From NCBI GenBank assembly GCA_965215505.1, contig OZ244065.1, positions 2,656,001 to 2,720,000 on the forward strand: a stretch of 64,000 nucleotides of DNA, in the 5' to 3' direction. Positions 48,307 to 58,015 of this stretch are shown piece after piece. The stretch is from Capsulimonadaceae bacterium (lineage in GTDB: Bacteria > Armatimonadota > Armatimonadia > Armatimonadales > Capsulimonadaceae). Position numbers and translations under genes: made by a program. How positions within the stretch are numbered: position 1 is the first letter of the stretch; every line of letters begins with the position of its first letter. The notes beneath the pieces are model-generated. The model was given only the letters and a program-made list of their open reading frames with translations. It did not search any database and was not told the origin of the DNA.

Positions 48307-50130
48307 CTAGCCGCCCGCCGCCCGAGTTCCTGGGGCCGCCCGAGTTCCTGGGGCCGCCCGAGTTCCTGGGGCCGCCCGAGTTCCTGAAACCGCCAAAGGC
48401 CGCGCCTCCCTGCCCCCCTCACGCACGCGGTACGCCGCGTCCCCCTTCAGCCCATGGAACGTGTCCGCCCGCCCGCTCGGCCAGCGCACCCGCACCGTGT
48501 CGGCGACGGTGGCCGCGCCCAGGCCGACGTGGACGCGCCTGTCGGACGACGACAGGTAGGAGCCGTCGGCGTGGCACACCCGCGTCTGGGTCAGGCCGCC
48601 CGCCGGCGTCGCGGTCTGGACCGTCACGAGTGCCCCGTAGCCGTCCCGGTTGCTGCGGGTGCCTTCCAGGGTGAGGGAGAGCCAGTGGCCGGCGGGCGCG
48701 GTTTCATTGTGGAGCAGGAGAGGAGTGCCCTCGCTGTCCACGACCAGGGCGTCCACGCGCCCGTCGTTGTCGAAGTCGCCAACGGCGAGGCCCCGGCCCA
48801 CGATGGACCGCTGGAAGTCCGGCCCGGCCTTCGGCGAGAGGTCGCCGAACTTTCCCCTCTCCTCCCCCGGCCCCAGGTTGTGGAAAAACTGCGTCGGCTG
48901 GCGGTAGGTGGTGAAGCCCCGGATGGCCCAGAACTTGTCAATGTTGTCTGCCGTATGGCCGTTCGCGACGATCAGGTCCAGCCAGCCGTCATTGTCGGCG
49001 TCGAAGAACTTGCAGCCAAAGGCGACCTTGTCCCGGCTGGTGCGCGGCATGCCGCTGGAAAGCGCGTCGTTGATGAACAGCCCGTTCCCCTCGTTGTGGT
49101 ACAGGTCCTTCGGCTCCGCCGAGTAGGTGGCAACGAACAGGCCCAGGCGGCCCGCGTTGTCATAGTCGCCCCAGTCCACCCCCATGCCGCCGTGGGGGCT
49201 GCCGAGCGCGCCGAGGGCGGTCCCGGAAGCCTTGCCGACGTTCCTCATGTGCCCGCCGCGCCGGTCTTGAAAGAGGTCCCCGGCCATCTCGTCGTTCGCA
49301 ACGGCGATGCCCAGACGCCCCCGGCCCTCATAGTCCGCCATGGCGACGCCCAGCCCTTTGCCCGATTGCGCTCCTAATCCCCACTCCGAGGTGACATCGC
49401 GGAAGTGTCTGCCGTCCAGGTTGTGGTACAGGACGCCCTTGAGCGCGGCGAAGCTCTCCGGCCCGCACCCGGTCTTGACCGGCCCCTGCTTGGTCTTCAC
49501 GACGCAGAGCCTCTTGGACTTCCGGGGATCGAAATCCACATAGTCTGCGACATAGAGGTCAAGCCTTCCGTCGCCGTCCACGTCGCCGAAGGCCGCCGAC
49601 GTGCCCCAGGGCTGGGGCGTCAGCCCGGCCTGGCGGGTCACGTCCTTGAAGCGCCTGCCGCCCTCATTGTGGAGCAGGAGGCCGGTGCGGTAGCCGCTGA
49701 GGTACAGGTCGTCGTAGCCGTCGTTGTCGTAGTCGCCGACGGCGCAGCCCAGGAAGTGCCCGCGCAGCGTGTCTAGCCCGGTGGCGTGGGACACGTCGGC
49801 AAAGTGGCCGCGCCCGTCTCCTTTGTAGAGGGCGACGTGGTCGGTTCCGACGAGGAGGACGGAGAGGTCGCCGGAGTTGTCGTAGTCCAGAAACGCGCAC
49901 CCATTGCCGATGGTTTGCAGGATGTCGAGAGGACCCTGGGGCGGCATGTTCCAGCGGTAGTGGAGGCCCGACTCCGAGGCCACGTCCGTGAAACTAATGG
50001 AAGCGGACGCGGGCGGCGGGACGGCGTCCGGGGATGCGGAAGGGCCGTGGGCGGGGTTTCCACACCCCGCACAGAGCGCGGCCAGCAGGAGGAGGAAGCG
50101 GAAAGGGAGCGGGACGGGTCGGGTGTGCAA
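48307..50130 (-). CDS. CRTAC1 family protein (FG-GAP repeats + ASPIC/UnbV), probable lipoprotein
   Basis: LCAGC lipobox-like motif; repeated GDYDNDG..DLY; GRGLAVGDFDNDG; GTRSNRDGYGA; SYLSSSD; VRWPSG. Confidence 0.9.
   Translation of the reverse strand: MHTRPVPLPFRFLLLLAALCAGCGNPAHGPSASPDAVPPPASASISFTDVASESGLHYRWNMPPQGPLDILQTIGNGCAFLDYDNSGDLSVLLVGTDHVALYKGDGRGHFADVSHATGLDTLRGHFLGCAVGDYDNDGYDDLYLSGYRTGLLLHNEGGRRFKDVTRQAGLTPQPWGTSAAFGDVDGDGRLDLYVADYVDFDPRKSKRLCVVKTKQGPVKTGCGPESFAALKGVLYHNLDGRHFRDVTSEWGLGAQSGKGLGVAMADYEGRGRLGIAVANDEMAGDLFQDRRGGHMRNVGKASGTALGALGSPHGGMGVDWGDYDNAGRLGLFVATYSAEPKDLYHNEGNGLFINDALSSGMPRTSRDKVAFGCKFFDADNDGWLDLIVANGHTADNIDKFWAIRGFTTYRQPTQFFHNLGPGEERGKFGDLSPKAGPDFQRSIVGRGLAVGDFDNDGRVDALVVDSEGTPLLLHNETAPAGHWLSLTLEGTRSNRDGYGALVTVQTATPAGGLTQTRVCHADGSYLSSSDRRVHVGLGAATVADTVRVRWPSGRADTFHGLKGDAAYRVREGGREARPLAVSGTRAAPGTRAAPGTRAAPGTRAAGG
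48317..48386. repeat. 18-bp tandem repeat x4 in the 3' end of the CRTAC1 gene
   Basis: Unit GCCGCCCGAGTTCCTGGG; encodes GTRAAP repeats. Confidence 0.9.
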
Positions 50131-50170
50131 GGTGCGGTCGCTCTCGGGCGGGTGGGGTCAGAGAAGAAGA

Positions 50171-50198
50171 CGCGCGAATGGCAGATGCCATTCGCGCG
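50171..50198. terminator. Hairpin between the lipoprotein gene and the CRTAC1 gene
   Basis: CGCGCGAATGGCA-ga-TGCCATTCGCGCG, with pyrimidine-rich tails on both strands. Confidence 0.7.
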
Positions 50199-50230
50199 CT
50201 TTCTTTAGAAACGGCCTGATGATCTCACGA

Positions 50231-50473
50231 TCACTTGGGTGCGGTGCCCTGAGCGGGGGTTTGCGCGTTTGCCTGAGTGCCGGCCCGCTTCTGTGCTTCC
50301 TGCATGCCCCGGAGCGCCTCCGGGGGGGGGGTCTTGTTCTTGAAGTCGTCCTTCGTCATCTCGTGGCCGCCCGCCGCTCCGTTGCCGCAGCCGGAAAGCA
50401 GCGGCACGGAGGCGAGAATACCGGCGCAGAGGCAGACCAGGGTCAGCCGCTTTGCGAGTGTGTCCTTGTTCAT
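50231..50473 (-). CDS. Small lipoprotein
   Basis: MNKDTLAKRLTLVCLCAGILASVPLLSGC lipobox; follows a DUF1559 gene. Confidence 0.7.
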   Translation of the reverse strand: MNKDTLAKRLTLVCLCAGILASVPLLSGCGNGAAGGHEMTKDDFKNKTPPPEALRGMQEAQKRAGTQANAQTPAQGTAPK

Positions 50474-50481
50474 GGCTTTAG

Positions 50482-51354
50482 TTACCGTGCCCCATCCCAC
50501 ATATTGTCCTGGGGCTGGTTGACAGGGTCAGGGTCCGTAGCAGCGGGGACCATGGACTTGACATGGCCGTCCATGAATGCGAAGTTAGCCCTGGCACCGG
50601 TGCCGTGGTGCGCCGACACCGCGCCGTTGGGGCCGGTCGGGAACGGGTTGCTACCCGGTTTGGTGCCGTTGGGGATTTCGTAAGTCGCCGTGCCTGTTCC
50701 CAGGGGAACGCCGATAAGTAGGTTCGGGCCATGATAGTTTGACCAGTTGCCCCAGGTGCAGCAGTCTGTCCCACCCTCCTTGCTGCCTCGAACATCCGAA
50801 TTGTACTGTTCGGTCAGAAGGACCGTATCCGAGGGACGGGTAATGCGCGACTCTTTATTCACGGGGTTCAGCCACCCTGTCTGCCCGCTGACGCTCACGG
50901 AGCCGTTCGCCGGGAAACCCGGACCCCAGGTGGAGCCATAGTAACCGTTGGCGACGTAGGACATCCCGTAGCCGGCCCAGGGACCCAGCCAGGGGGCAAT
51001 GGCGATTGAATGTGCAGGCTGGTTACCATCAGGATCGTCCGGGCAGGCGAAAACCTGGTAGCTCTTGACATAGGGCAGAACGCCCGTGACCCAGTCCGCG
51101 GATGACGGAGTGTTCCAGTTATCCCACGAGAAGCCGATGGGGTAAGCGCCGTCGCTATCATTCGTGTACATGGAGAAGGACAGCGCGAGCTGCTTCATGT
51201 TGCTCTCGCAGGAGGCGGCGCGGGCGTTCTCGCGGACCTTCTGGAAGACCGGGAACAGGATGGCGGCGAGAATCGCGATGATCGCGATGACGACGAGAAG
51301 CTCGATGAGCGTGAAGCCCTTGCGGCTCCGGGGGCGCGGAAAGAAACGGTTCAT
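50482..51354 (-). CDS. DUF1559 prepilin-type N-terminal cleavage / H-X9-DG domain protein
   Basis: [42 protein letters not shown]. Confidence 0.93.
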   Translation of the reverse strand: MNRFFPRPRSRKGFTLIELLVVIAIIAILAAILFPVFQKVRENARAASCESNMKQLALSFSMYTNDSDGAYPIGFSWDNWNTPSSADWVTGVLPYVKSYQVFACPDDPDGNQPAHSIAIAPWLGPWAGYGMSYVANGYYGSTWGPGFPANGSVSVSGQTGWLNPVNKESRITRPSDTVLLTEQYNSDVRGSKEGGTDCCTWGNWSNYHGPNLLIGVPLGTGTATYEIPNGTKPGSNPFPTGPNGAVSAHHGTGARANFAFMDGHVKSMVPAATDPDPVNQPQDNMWDGAR

Positions 51355-51361
51355 GATGCAG

Positions 51362-52564
51362 TTACACCCTTTCTGTGGTGTGACCCGCCACGAGGCGGCG
51401 GGCCGAGTCCCGGACGATGAGTTCGGTCGGGAGGATCTCCATCCCGTGCGGGCGGCAGTTGCCCTGCACGGACTGGAGAAGACGCTGGGCGGCCCGGCGG
51501 CCCAGACGGTAGACGGGCTGGCGAACGGTCGTCAGCGGCGGAGTCAGGTGGGCGGCGGACAGGGGATCGTCGAAGGCCACCAGAGAGATGTCTTCGGGCA
51601 CGCACAGGCCGTGCCGCCGCAGGACACGCAGGGTCGCCAGCGCCATGAGGTAGTCGCAGGCGAAGATCGCCGTCGGCAGGGTCCCGGCGGCGCGCGCCCG
51701 CAGCAGCCAATCCTCGATCTGGTCCTCGAACCGGCCGCTGTCGTGGGTCGGGAACAGCACCATGTCGCATGGCGAGGTCGGCACGCCCGCCGCCGCCATC
51801 GCGCGGCGGTAGCCTTCCAGGCGGTCGTGGTGATTGGAGTTCGCCGTCGCCAGGTTGACGACGGCGATGCGCCGGTGTCCCAGGCCGAGCAGGTGCCGGA
51901 CGGCCTCGGACGCGCCGCGCACGTTGTCGGTGTCCACGCAGGGCAGGGCGGCGTCGGCCGGGTCGGTCGAGGAAAGCCCCGCCGCCACGAACAGGGCACC
52001 CTCGGCAGTCAGGCGGTGCAGGACGGGCAGGTCGTCACGCGAGGGCGCGATCACGATCATGCCGTCCAGCCCCGAGTCCCGGTAAAAGCCTCCATACTCG
52101 CCGCGCCGCAGGGAGGCATAAAGAGTCTCCACGGGCTGGCCGAGGATGCCGTCCCGGATGCCCTGGAACAGCGGGCCGTAGTAGAAGTTGTCGCCCCAGC
52201 CCTCTTCCGGCGGCCCGCCCGGCGTCATCCGTTCCAGCACGACGCCCAGCCGCAGGGCGCGCGGCGGGGCGGCGAAGCGCAGGGCGAGTGGGCCGGCAGT
52301 CGGCCCCTGCGACCCCGGAACCGGGGCGACGAAGGTGCCGCTCCCCTTGGCGGAGTGGAGGAGGCCGCCGCGCACCAGGCCGAGGATGGCCTTGTCGAGC
52401 GTGACACGGGTGGTGGCGAACTCGGCGCACAGGCGGCTGCGGCTGGGGAGGGCCTGGCCGACGGCCCAGGTGCCGTCGCTGATGCGCTCGCGCAGCGCAT
52501 TCTCGATGCGCTGATAGAGCGGAAGGGCTGCTTCTTCGGTTGTGCCTTCAACGACGAGCGGCAT
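51362..52564 (-). CDS. GntR-HTH + LacI-type sugar-binding domain regulator
   Basis: [62 protein letters not shown]. Confidence 0.93.
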   Translation of the reverse strand: MPLVVEGTTEEAALPLYQRIENALRERISDGTWAVGQALPSRSRLCAEFATTRVTLDKAILGLVRGGLLHSAKGSGTFVAPVPGSQGPTAGPLALRFAAPPRALRLGVVLERMTPGGPPEEGWGDNFYYGPLFQGIRDGILGQPVETLYASLRRGEYGGFYRDSGLDGMIVIAPSRDDLPVLHRLTAEGALFVAAGLSSTDPADAALPCVDTDNVRGASEAVRHLLGLGHRRIAVVNLATANSNHHDRLEGYRRAMAAAGVPTSPCDMVLFPTHDSGRFEDQIEDWLLRARAAGTLPTAIFACDYLMALATLRVLRRHGLCVPEDISLVAFDDPLSAAHLTPPLTTVRQPVYRLGRRAAQRLLQSVQGNCRPHGMEILPTELIVRDSARRLVAGHTTERV

Positions 52565-52610
52565 TGCAAAGATTCTTTCAGACTACGCGCGGGCTGTAGG
52601 AAAACGAGCT

Positions 52611-52660
52611 TGACTAGTTCAGGACTAGTTCATTATAAGGCCATTCCGAACAGTTGTCAA
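52611..52660 (-). promoter_or_regulatory. Consensus promoter with a tandem GACTAGTTCA operator at the start site
   Basis: Minus-strand TTGACA (52660-52655) - 17 - TATAAT (52637-52632); GACTAGTTCA at 52612 and 52623. Confidence 0.8.
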
Positions 52661-52954
52661 GGTTTTATTACAATCCAACACAATTATTTTTTTGCCAGCT
52701 TTCGGGCTGCGACAAGGCATTATTTTATATAAACAATCGGCATTAGCTGTCAGCAGAGTATAGCCCCTTGACTCCTCCTGATCGGCCACCCCTGGTAACT
52801 CTGACAGGACGGCCCGGACGCAGGCGAGAAGGTCCCCTGCGATTTGGCGGGGGCGGGACGGCTGACGAGGTCAAGCAGCCTAGTCGGCATCGCGGTACAG
52901 TCCTAGGGAGGTACGGTGATAAGAAAAGAGTGGCACGGGGTATTTGTTATTTGC

Positions 52955-54730
52955 ATGCGTAACCCTTTCTCACGCGGTCGGCTGCTCCCACTCCTGACCA
53001 TCCCGGCGGCGGCGGTGGTGATCGCCCTCGCAGCTCTGTTCGTGCCGGGCAGCCGCCAGGCCCCGCCGCCCGGCCCCCCGCCCGACCTCAGCCGGTTCCT
53101 GCCGAAGCCGCCGCCTGCCCCCCTCCACGGGACGGACGCCGACGCACGCTTCGTGGATGTAGCAGGTCCGGCGGGGCTTCACTACCGGTGGACCATCCCC
53201 GGCCCCCGCCCCATAGACATCTTGCAGGGCATCGGCAACGGGTGCGCCTTCCTGGACTACGACAACTCCGGGAACCTCTCCGTCCTCCTCGTCGGAACCG
53301 ACCATGTCGCCGTCTACAAAGGAGACGGGCGCGGCCACTTTGCCGACGTGTCCCACGCCACCGGGCTAGACACGCTGCGCGGGCACTTCCTGGGCTGCGC
53401 CGTCGGCGACTACGACAACGACGGCTACGACGACCTGTACCTCAGCGGCTACCGCACCGGCCTCCTGCTCCACAATGAGCGCGGCAAACGCTTCCGGGAC
53501 GTGACCCAGGAGGCCGGACTGAGGCCCCAGCCCTGGGGCACGTCGGCGGCCTTCGGCGACGTGGACGGCGACGGCAGGCTCGACCTCTACGTCGCAGGCT
53601 ATGTGGACTATGACCCCGCCCTCCCCCGGAAGTATGCCCGGCTCTGCGCCTGGAGCCTCGTCGAAGGTGCCTGCCCCCCCGAGCGTTACACCGCCCTGCG
53701 GGGAGTCCTGTACCACAACCTGGGGGCGGGTAGGTTCGAGGACGTGACGGACCGGTGGGGCGCGGACCGCGCCCACGGCAAAGGATTAGGCGCTGCGTTC
53801 GCCGACTACGACGGCCGGGGCCGCCAGAGCCTCGCCGTCGCCAATGACAGCCAGCCGGGCGACCTCTTCCAGAACCAGGGCGGCCGGTTCCGCGAGATCG
53901 GGGCAGGGGCTGGGACCGCCCTGGCCGACGGCCGCCCCTACTCCGGGATGGGCCTGGACTGGGGGGACTACGACAACGACGGCCGCCTGGACCTCGCGGT
54001 CGGCACATTCGAGACGCAGCAGAAGTGCGTCTACCATAACCTCGGCGGGGGCCTCTTTGAAGAAACCTCGTCCAAACTGGGCGTCACGGCCGGGGCGTAC
54101 CCTTACGTCACCTTCGGGGTCAAGTGGCTGGACTTCGACAACGGCGGCTGGCTGAGTCTGATGATCGCGAACGGACACGTCCAGGACAACGCCGCGCGGA
54201 TCGAGAAGGGCGGCTCCTACCGCCAGCCGCCCCAGATATTCGCGGGCGGCCGCGGGGCGAGTGGGCGCGGGAAGCGCCTGCTGGACATCAGCCGGGGGGT
54301 CGGGCCAGCCTTCCGCCGGGGCATCGTGGGGCGCGGCCTCGCCGTCGGCGACTTTGACAACGACGGCCGCGTGGACGCCCTGGTCGTGGACAGCGAGGGC
54401 GCACCCCTCCTGCTCCGCAACGAGACGCGCCGCGCCGGCCACTGGCTCACGGTCACGCTGGTCGGGACGCGCAGCAACCGGGACGGCTACGGGGCACTCG
54501 TGACGGTCCACACCTCGACGCCGGCGGGCGGGCTGACCCAGACGCGGCTCTGTCACGCCGACGGCTCCTACCTGTCCTCCTCCGACAGGCGCGTCCACAT
54601 CGGCCTGGGCGCGGCCACCGTCGCCGACACGGTGCGGGTCCGCTGGCCGGATGGCCACGCGGACACCTTCCGCGCAGTCCGGGGGGACCGGCAAGTCGTG
54701 ATCCGCGAGGGCCGGACGGCCACGCCCTGA
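52955..54730 (+). CDS. CRTAC1 family protein (FG-GAP repeats + ASPIC/UnbV)
   Basis: Paralog of 48307-50130 with an N-terminal TM/signal segment. Confidence 0.9.
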   Translation: MRNPFSRGRLLPLLTIPAAAVVIALAALFVPGSRQAPPPGPPPDLSRFLPKPPPAPLHGTDADARFVDVAGPAGLHYRWTIPGPRPIDILQGIGNGCAFLDYDNSGNLSVLLVGTDHVAVYKGDGRGHFADVSHATGLDTLRGHFLGCAVGDYDNDGYDDLYLSGYRTGLLLHNERGKRFRDVTQEAGLRPQPWGTSAAFGDVDGDGRLDLYVAGYVDYDPALPRKYARLCAWSLVEGACPPERYTALRGVLYHNLGAGRFEDVTDRWGADRAHGKGLGAAFADYDGRGRQSLAVANDSQPGDLFQNQGGRFREIGAGAGTALADGRPYSGMGLDWGDYDNDGRLDLAVGTFETQQKCVYHNLGGGLFEETSSKLGVTAGAYPYVTFGVKWLDFDNGGWLSLMIANGHVQDNAARIEKGGSYRQPPQIFAGGRGASGRGKRLLDISRGVGPAFRRGIVGRGLAVGDFDNDGRVDALVVDSEGAPLLLRNETRRAGHWLTVTLVGTRSNRDGYGALVTVHTSTPAGGLTQTRLCHADGSYLSSSDRRVHIGLGAATVADTVRVRWPDGHADTFRAVRGDRQVVIREGRTATP

Positions 54731-54746
54731 CCGGCGGGGACGCACC

Positions 54747-54782
54747 AAAAAAGCGCCCGCCGCCGGGATCGGCGGCGGGCGC
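54747..54782 (-). terminator. Rho-independent terminator
   Basis: AAAAAA-GCGCCCGCCGCCG-ggat-CGGCGGCGGGCGC between convergent genes. Confidence 0.85.
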
Positions 54783-54810
54783 TCGTCAGAGGCGCGCGGG
54801 AGAGGCGGCC

Positions 54811-55650
54811 CTAATCGTAGCTGAAAGTGCCGGTGAAGGTGCTGTTGGTGGTGTTGGCCGCCAGCGTCCCGTCAGTCTTGCCGGGGTCGCCGGGCGTCGG
54901 GTTGTCCGGGCCGCCCGAGATGGCGGTGGAGTGCAGCCACTTGACGTGGCCGTCGCCGAACAGGTAGTTCGCGCCGTCCGAGTGCCGCCCGGTCCGCGCC
55001 TTGTAGTAGCCCGCGGTCGGGTAGTAGATGTTGGCGCTGTTGAAGCTCGTCTGGGCCGGGATGCTGCCGAAGACGCCCGTGTCATAGAGGCTGCGGTAGG
55101 CAGGGGCACCCGCGCCGTTGCCCGCCGCCGAGTCGCCTTCCAGCGGGTTGGTGGGGTCACAGGGGTCGGAAACGCTCTCATACAGGATGACTGTATTGGC
55201 GGGCGACTGGAACTTGGACAGGGCCAGGGGGAAGACGGCGTTGGCGCTGCCGTTCCACCCGCTCGTGTCCAGGTTGGAGTTCAGGCCATACGAGACGTGA
55301 TTGCCGGTCGTGCTGTCGTCGGGGCACTGGTAGACGCCGGTGGCTTTGACGAACGGGTAAAGCTGCGAGGCCCAGCCCCGGCCGTTCTGGTAGGAGCCTT
55401 GCGTTCCCGGCGGCATCAGCTCATCGGCATCCTGCTGGTACTGCGTGACGGCCAGCCCGAGCTGCTTCTCATTGGACTGGCAGGAAGCGCGGCGGGCGTT
55501 CTCGCGGACCTTCTGGAAGACCGGGAAAAGAATCGCCGCCAGTATGGCGATGATGGCGATGACGACGAGCAATTCGATGAGCGTGAAGCCTTTGAGGCTG
55601 CGGCGGCCTGGCCGCTGTGTGATTTCGCTGTGCATGGTTGGTGTAGGCAC
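54811..55650 (-). CDS. DUF1559 prepilin-type / H-X9-DG domain protein
   Basis: [42 protein letters not shown]. Confidence 0.93.
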   Translation of the reverse strand: MPTPTMHSEITQRPGRRSLKGFTLIELLVVIAIIAILAAILFPVFQKVRENARRASCQSNEKQLGLAVTQYQQDADELMPPGTQGSYQNGRGWASQLYPFVKATGVYQCPDDSTTGNHVSYGLNSNLDTSGWNGSANAVFPLALSKFQSPANTVILYESVSDPCDPTNPLEGDSAAGNGAGAPAYRSLYDTGVFGSIPAQTSFNSANIYYPTAGYYKARTGRHSDGANYLFGDGHVKWLHSTAISGGPDNPTPGDPGKTDGTLAANTTNSTFTGTFSYD

Positions 55651-55656
55651 CCTTTC

Positions 55657-55726
55657 TGACTAGTCCTGATTGTGGTAATACTTAACCTGACTAGTCTATT
55701 ATGAATTCAAAAACAAAACTTGTCAA
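55657..55726 (-). promoter_or_regulatory. Promoter with two CTGACTAGTC sites downstream
   Basis: Minus-strand TTGACA (55726-55721) - 17 - CATAAT (55703-55698); CTGACTAGTC at 55656 and 55687. Confidence 0.75.
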
Positions 55727-55773
55727 GCGTTTAGACCACAGTAAATGTCCTATATTCGCCGAGCCGATTTCCC

Positions 55774-55802
55774 TTGACATACCTCGGATAGTAGCATATA
55801 AT
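55774..55802 (+). promoter_or_regulatory. Consensus sigma70-type promoter (divergent)
   Basis: TTGACA-17-TATAAT, followed by TCACTAGTGA. Confidence 0.8.
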
Positions 55803-55830
55803 AAGCTCACTAGTGAACGGAGGAGCCCCA

Positions 55831-56184
55831 TTGGACGACGAACGGGAACTGCTGAAGGGCAACACGCCGACCCTCGTGCTGGCCGTCCTGGAGGACGCGC
55901 CGCAGCACGGCTACGCCATCGCGCGGGAGATCAACCGGCGCAGCGGCGACGCCCTGCGCTGCAAGCAGGGCACCCTGTACCCGGCCCTGCACGCTTTGGA
56001 GCGCGACGGCCTCATCACAGGGGCGTGGGAAACCGGCGGCGGGGAGCGCCCGCGCAAGGTCTACGCACTCACCGACGCGGGCCGGGCCGAGCTGATCCGG
56101 CGCGTCCGCGCCTGGGACGCCTTTTCTCATGCCATCGGGCAAGTGATCGGAGGGGCGAGCCGTGAGCCAGCCGCAGAAGCTTAG
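55831..56184 (+). CDS. PadR family transcriptional regulator
   Basis: GGAGGAG RBS, TTG start; ELLKGNTPTLVLAVL..HGYAI..GTLYPALH..RKVYALTDAG. Confidence 0.93.
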   Translation: MDDERELLKGNTPTLVLAVLEDAPQHGYAIAREINRRSGDALRCKQGTLYPALHALERDGLITGAWETGGGERPRKVYALTDAGRAELIRRVRAWDAFSHAIGQVIGGASREPAAEA

Positions 56185-56869
56185 AATGGCGGGAACGGAC
56201 GCGCCGGCCTACTCCTGGCCCGAAGACCCCCTCGTTGAGGACTATCTGGACCACCTCTGTGCCCCCCTCGTCGGCATCGTCCCGCTGGCCGAGCGGCGGG
56301 GCCTGCGCGCCGAGGTGCGCTCCCACCTGGAGGCCTTGGCCGCCGAGTACGGCTATGAAGGCAGGCCGCCCGCCGAGGCGACCGCCGCCGCCCTGCACGA
56401 GCTGGGCGAGCCGTGGCAGGTCGGACAGACCTTCCTCCGCGAGTGGCTGCAAGGGTCCCCCGACGCCGCCCCCGCCCGCCTGACCCGCGCGGCGGCCTGC
56501 CGCGCGTTCGCCTTCTTCGGCGTCGCCTCTCTCCCTTGCTGGGCACTGCTGGAACACCACGCCCTGGATGTCCCCGCCGCCACCGACCTGACCCCCTGGC
56601 TCCTAGCCGCGCTCGCGCCCTTGGCCGCCGGGACGCTCACCGGCCTCGCCCCGCAGCCCAGGACGGGACGCGGGCTGTGCTGGGCCGTGGGCGCGCTCAC
56701 CCTCCACGCCCTCGCCGCCTCCGCCACGCTGCTGCCCCAGATGGACGGCTTCGGCCTCGCCCTCTGCCTCCCCCTCTGGTGGCTGCCTGCCGGCTGGCTC
56801 TCGGCGACGGCGACCGCCCACCTCGTCCGCAGCCACCGCCGCGCGAGGTTCCTGAAATACGCGCTGTGA
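56162..56869 (+). CDS. PadR-associated membrane protein (HAAS/permease-prefix-like N-terminal domain)
   Basis: VEDYLDHL..EVRSHLE..AALHELGEP, then 4 TM helices. Confidence 0.75.
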   Translation: MSQPQKLRMAGTDAPAYSWPEDPLVEDYLDHLCAPLVGIVPLAERRGLRAEVRSHLEALAAEYGYEGRPPAEATAAALHELGEPWQVGQTFLREWLQGSPDAAPARLTRAAACRAFAFFGVASLPCWALLEHHALDVPAATDLTPWLLAALAPLAAGTLTGLAPQPRTGRGLCWAVGALTLHALAASATLLPQMDGFGLALCLPLWWLPAGWLSATATAHLVRSHRRARFLKYAL

Positions 56870-56908
56870 TGGGGCAATGGCCCCACCCCTAATCTCGGCG
56901 GCAGGACG

Positions 56909-57021
56909 TGTAGGGGCGCGATTGATCGCGCCCTCTTCCCTAACATGCGCCCGATGACAGACGCGCCCGATGACAAAAGGGCGCGGCAGAGAAAAAAGGG
57001 CGCGGCAAGCAGCGCCCCTAC
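56909..57021. repeat. Inverted GTAG-type REP pair with internal micro-duplications
   Basis: GTAGGGGCGCGATTGATCGCGCCC ... (GCGCCCGATGACA)x2 ... (AAAAGGGCGCGGCA)x2 AGCAGCGCCCCTAC. Confidence 0.85.
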
Positions 57022-57081
57022 GAAACATCGCCTTCCGGCTCCCCCGGAATTAGGACGGGGACCAGACCACAGGAAACGCCA

Positions 57082-57891
57082 ATGAAACGCCACGCCTTCA
57101 CGCTCATCGAACTGCTCGTCGTCATCGCCATCCTCGGCCTCCTGGCCGCCATCCTGTTCCCCGTCTTCGCCAAAGTGCGCGAGAACGGGCGGCGGACCGC
57201 CTGCCTGTCCAATGAGCGGCAGATCGGGATGGCGATGCTGCAATATACCGGTGATTACGACGGCCACTGGCATGACTGGGATTGGAAGAAGGTCAGCGAG
57301 ACGGGCTGGGCGCATGACGCCGCGTACCCCTACGTCAAGAGTGCGACGGCATTCCGCTGCACCGACGATCCCACGCAGGAGATCGTCCGCGCGGACCCAC
57401 AGTTCCCCGGCTTACGGCCGGCGACGCCCAACTCTTACGCGATCAATTCCGATCTTGACGAGTCGCTTGATGCCCAGCACCTTTCACCCTCGAAGACGGT
57501 CATGCTCTTCGAAGTGCGTAACTGTCAGGAATGCTTTCCGGGGAATCATTTCTACGGGACAGGTTCCATGGCGGGTGATGGAGCACAGGCGCTGAACTGC
57601 GGGCTGGTCGGCTGCCAGGACGTGGACGCGCAGTACGACACTGGGAACATCGGAGGCCGGCACGTCAACCTCAATGTTGATCGTCCGGGGCGTCACGCCG
57701 GTGGTGCAGACTATGTCGCCTGCGACGGCCATGCCGTGTGGCTACGGCCCGAGCAGGTGTCCGGCGGGACGAGCCAGCCGACCAACGGCTCTGCCTGCGG
57801 TCAGGACGATACAGCGGCGGGCTGCGGCGGCAAGGACACGGCGGCGGGGTCAGCCAACACCAAGTACGCCCTGACGTTCAGCATCCATTAG
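57082..57891 (+). CDS. DUF1559 prepilin-type / H-X9-DG domain protein
   Basis: [43 protein letters not shown]. Confidence 0.92.
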   Translation: MKRHAFTLIELLVVIAILGLLAAILFPVFAKVRENGRRTACLSNERQIGMAMLQYTGDYDGHWHDWDWKKVSETGWAHDAAYPYVKSATAFRCTDDPTQEIVRADPQFPGLRPATPNSYAINSDLDESLDAQHLSPSKTVMLFEVRNCQECFPGNHFYGTGSMAGDGAQALNCGLVGCQDVDAQYDTGNIGGRHVNLNVDRPGRHAGGADYVACDGHAVWLRPEQVSGGTSQPTNGSACGQDDTAAGCGGKDTAAGSANTKYALTFSIH

Positions 57892-57917
57892 GACAAGAGA
57901 AGGGTATGCGGAAAGGA

Positions 57918-57976
57918 GGGCGCGATAAATCGCGCCCCTACATCCTGCCCCATAGGGGCGCACCCCCGTGTGCGCC
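57918..57976. repeat. GTAG-type REP pair
   Basis: GGGCGCGATAAATCGCGCCCCTAC; ATAGGGGCGCACCCCCGTGTGCGCCC. Confidence 0.75.
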
Positions 57977-58015
57977 CTCTTCTATCCTGCCTGCGCCCTC
58001 TTTTTCCTCCTCCTG

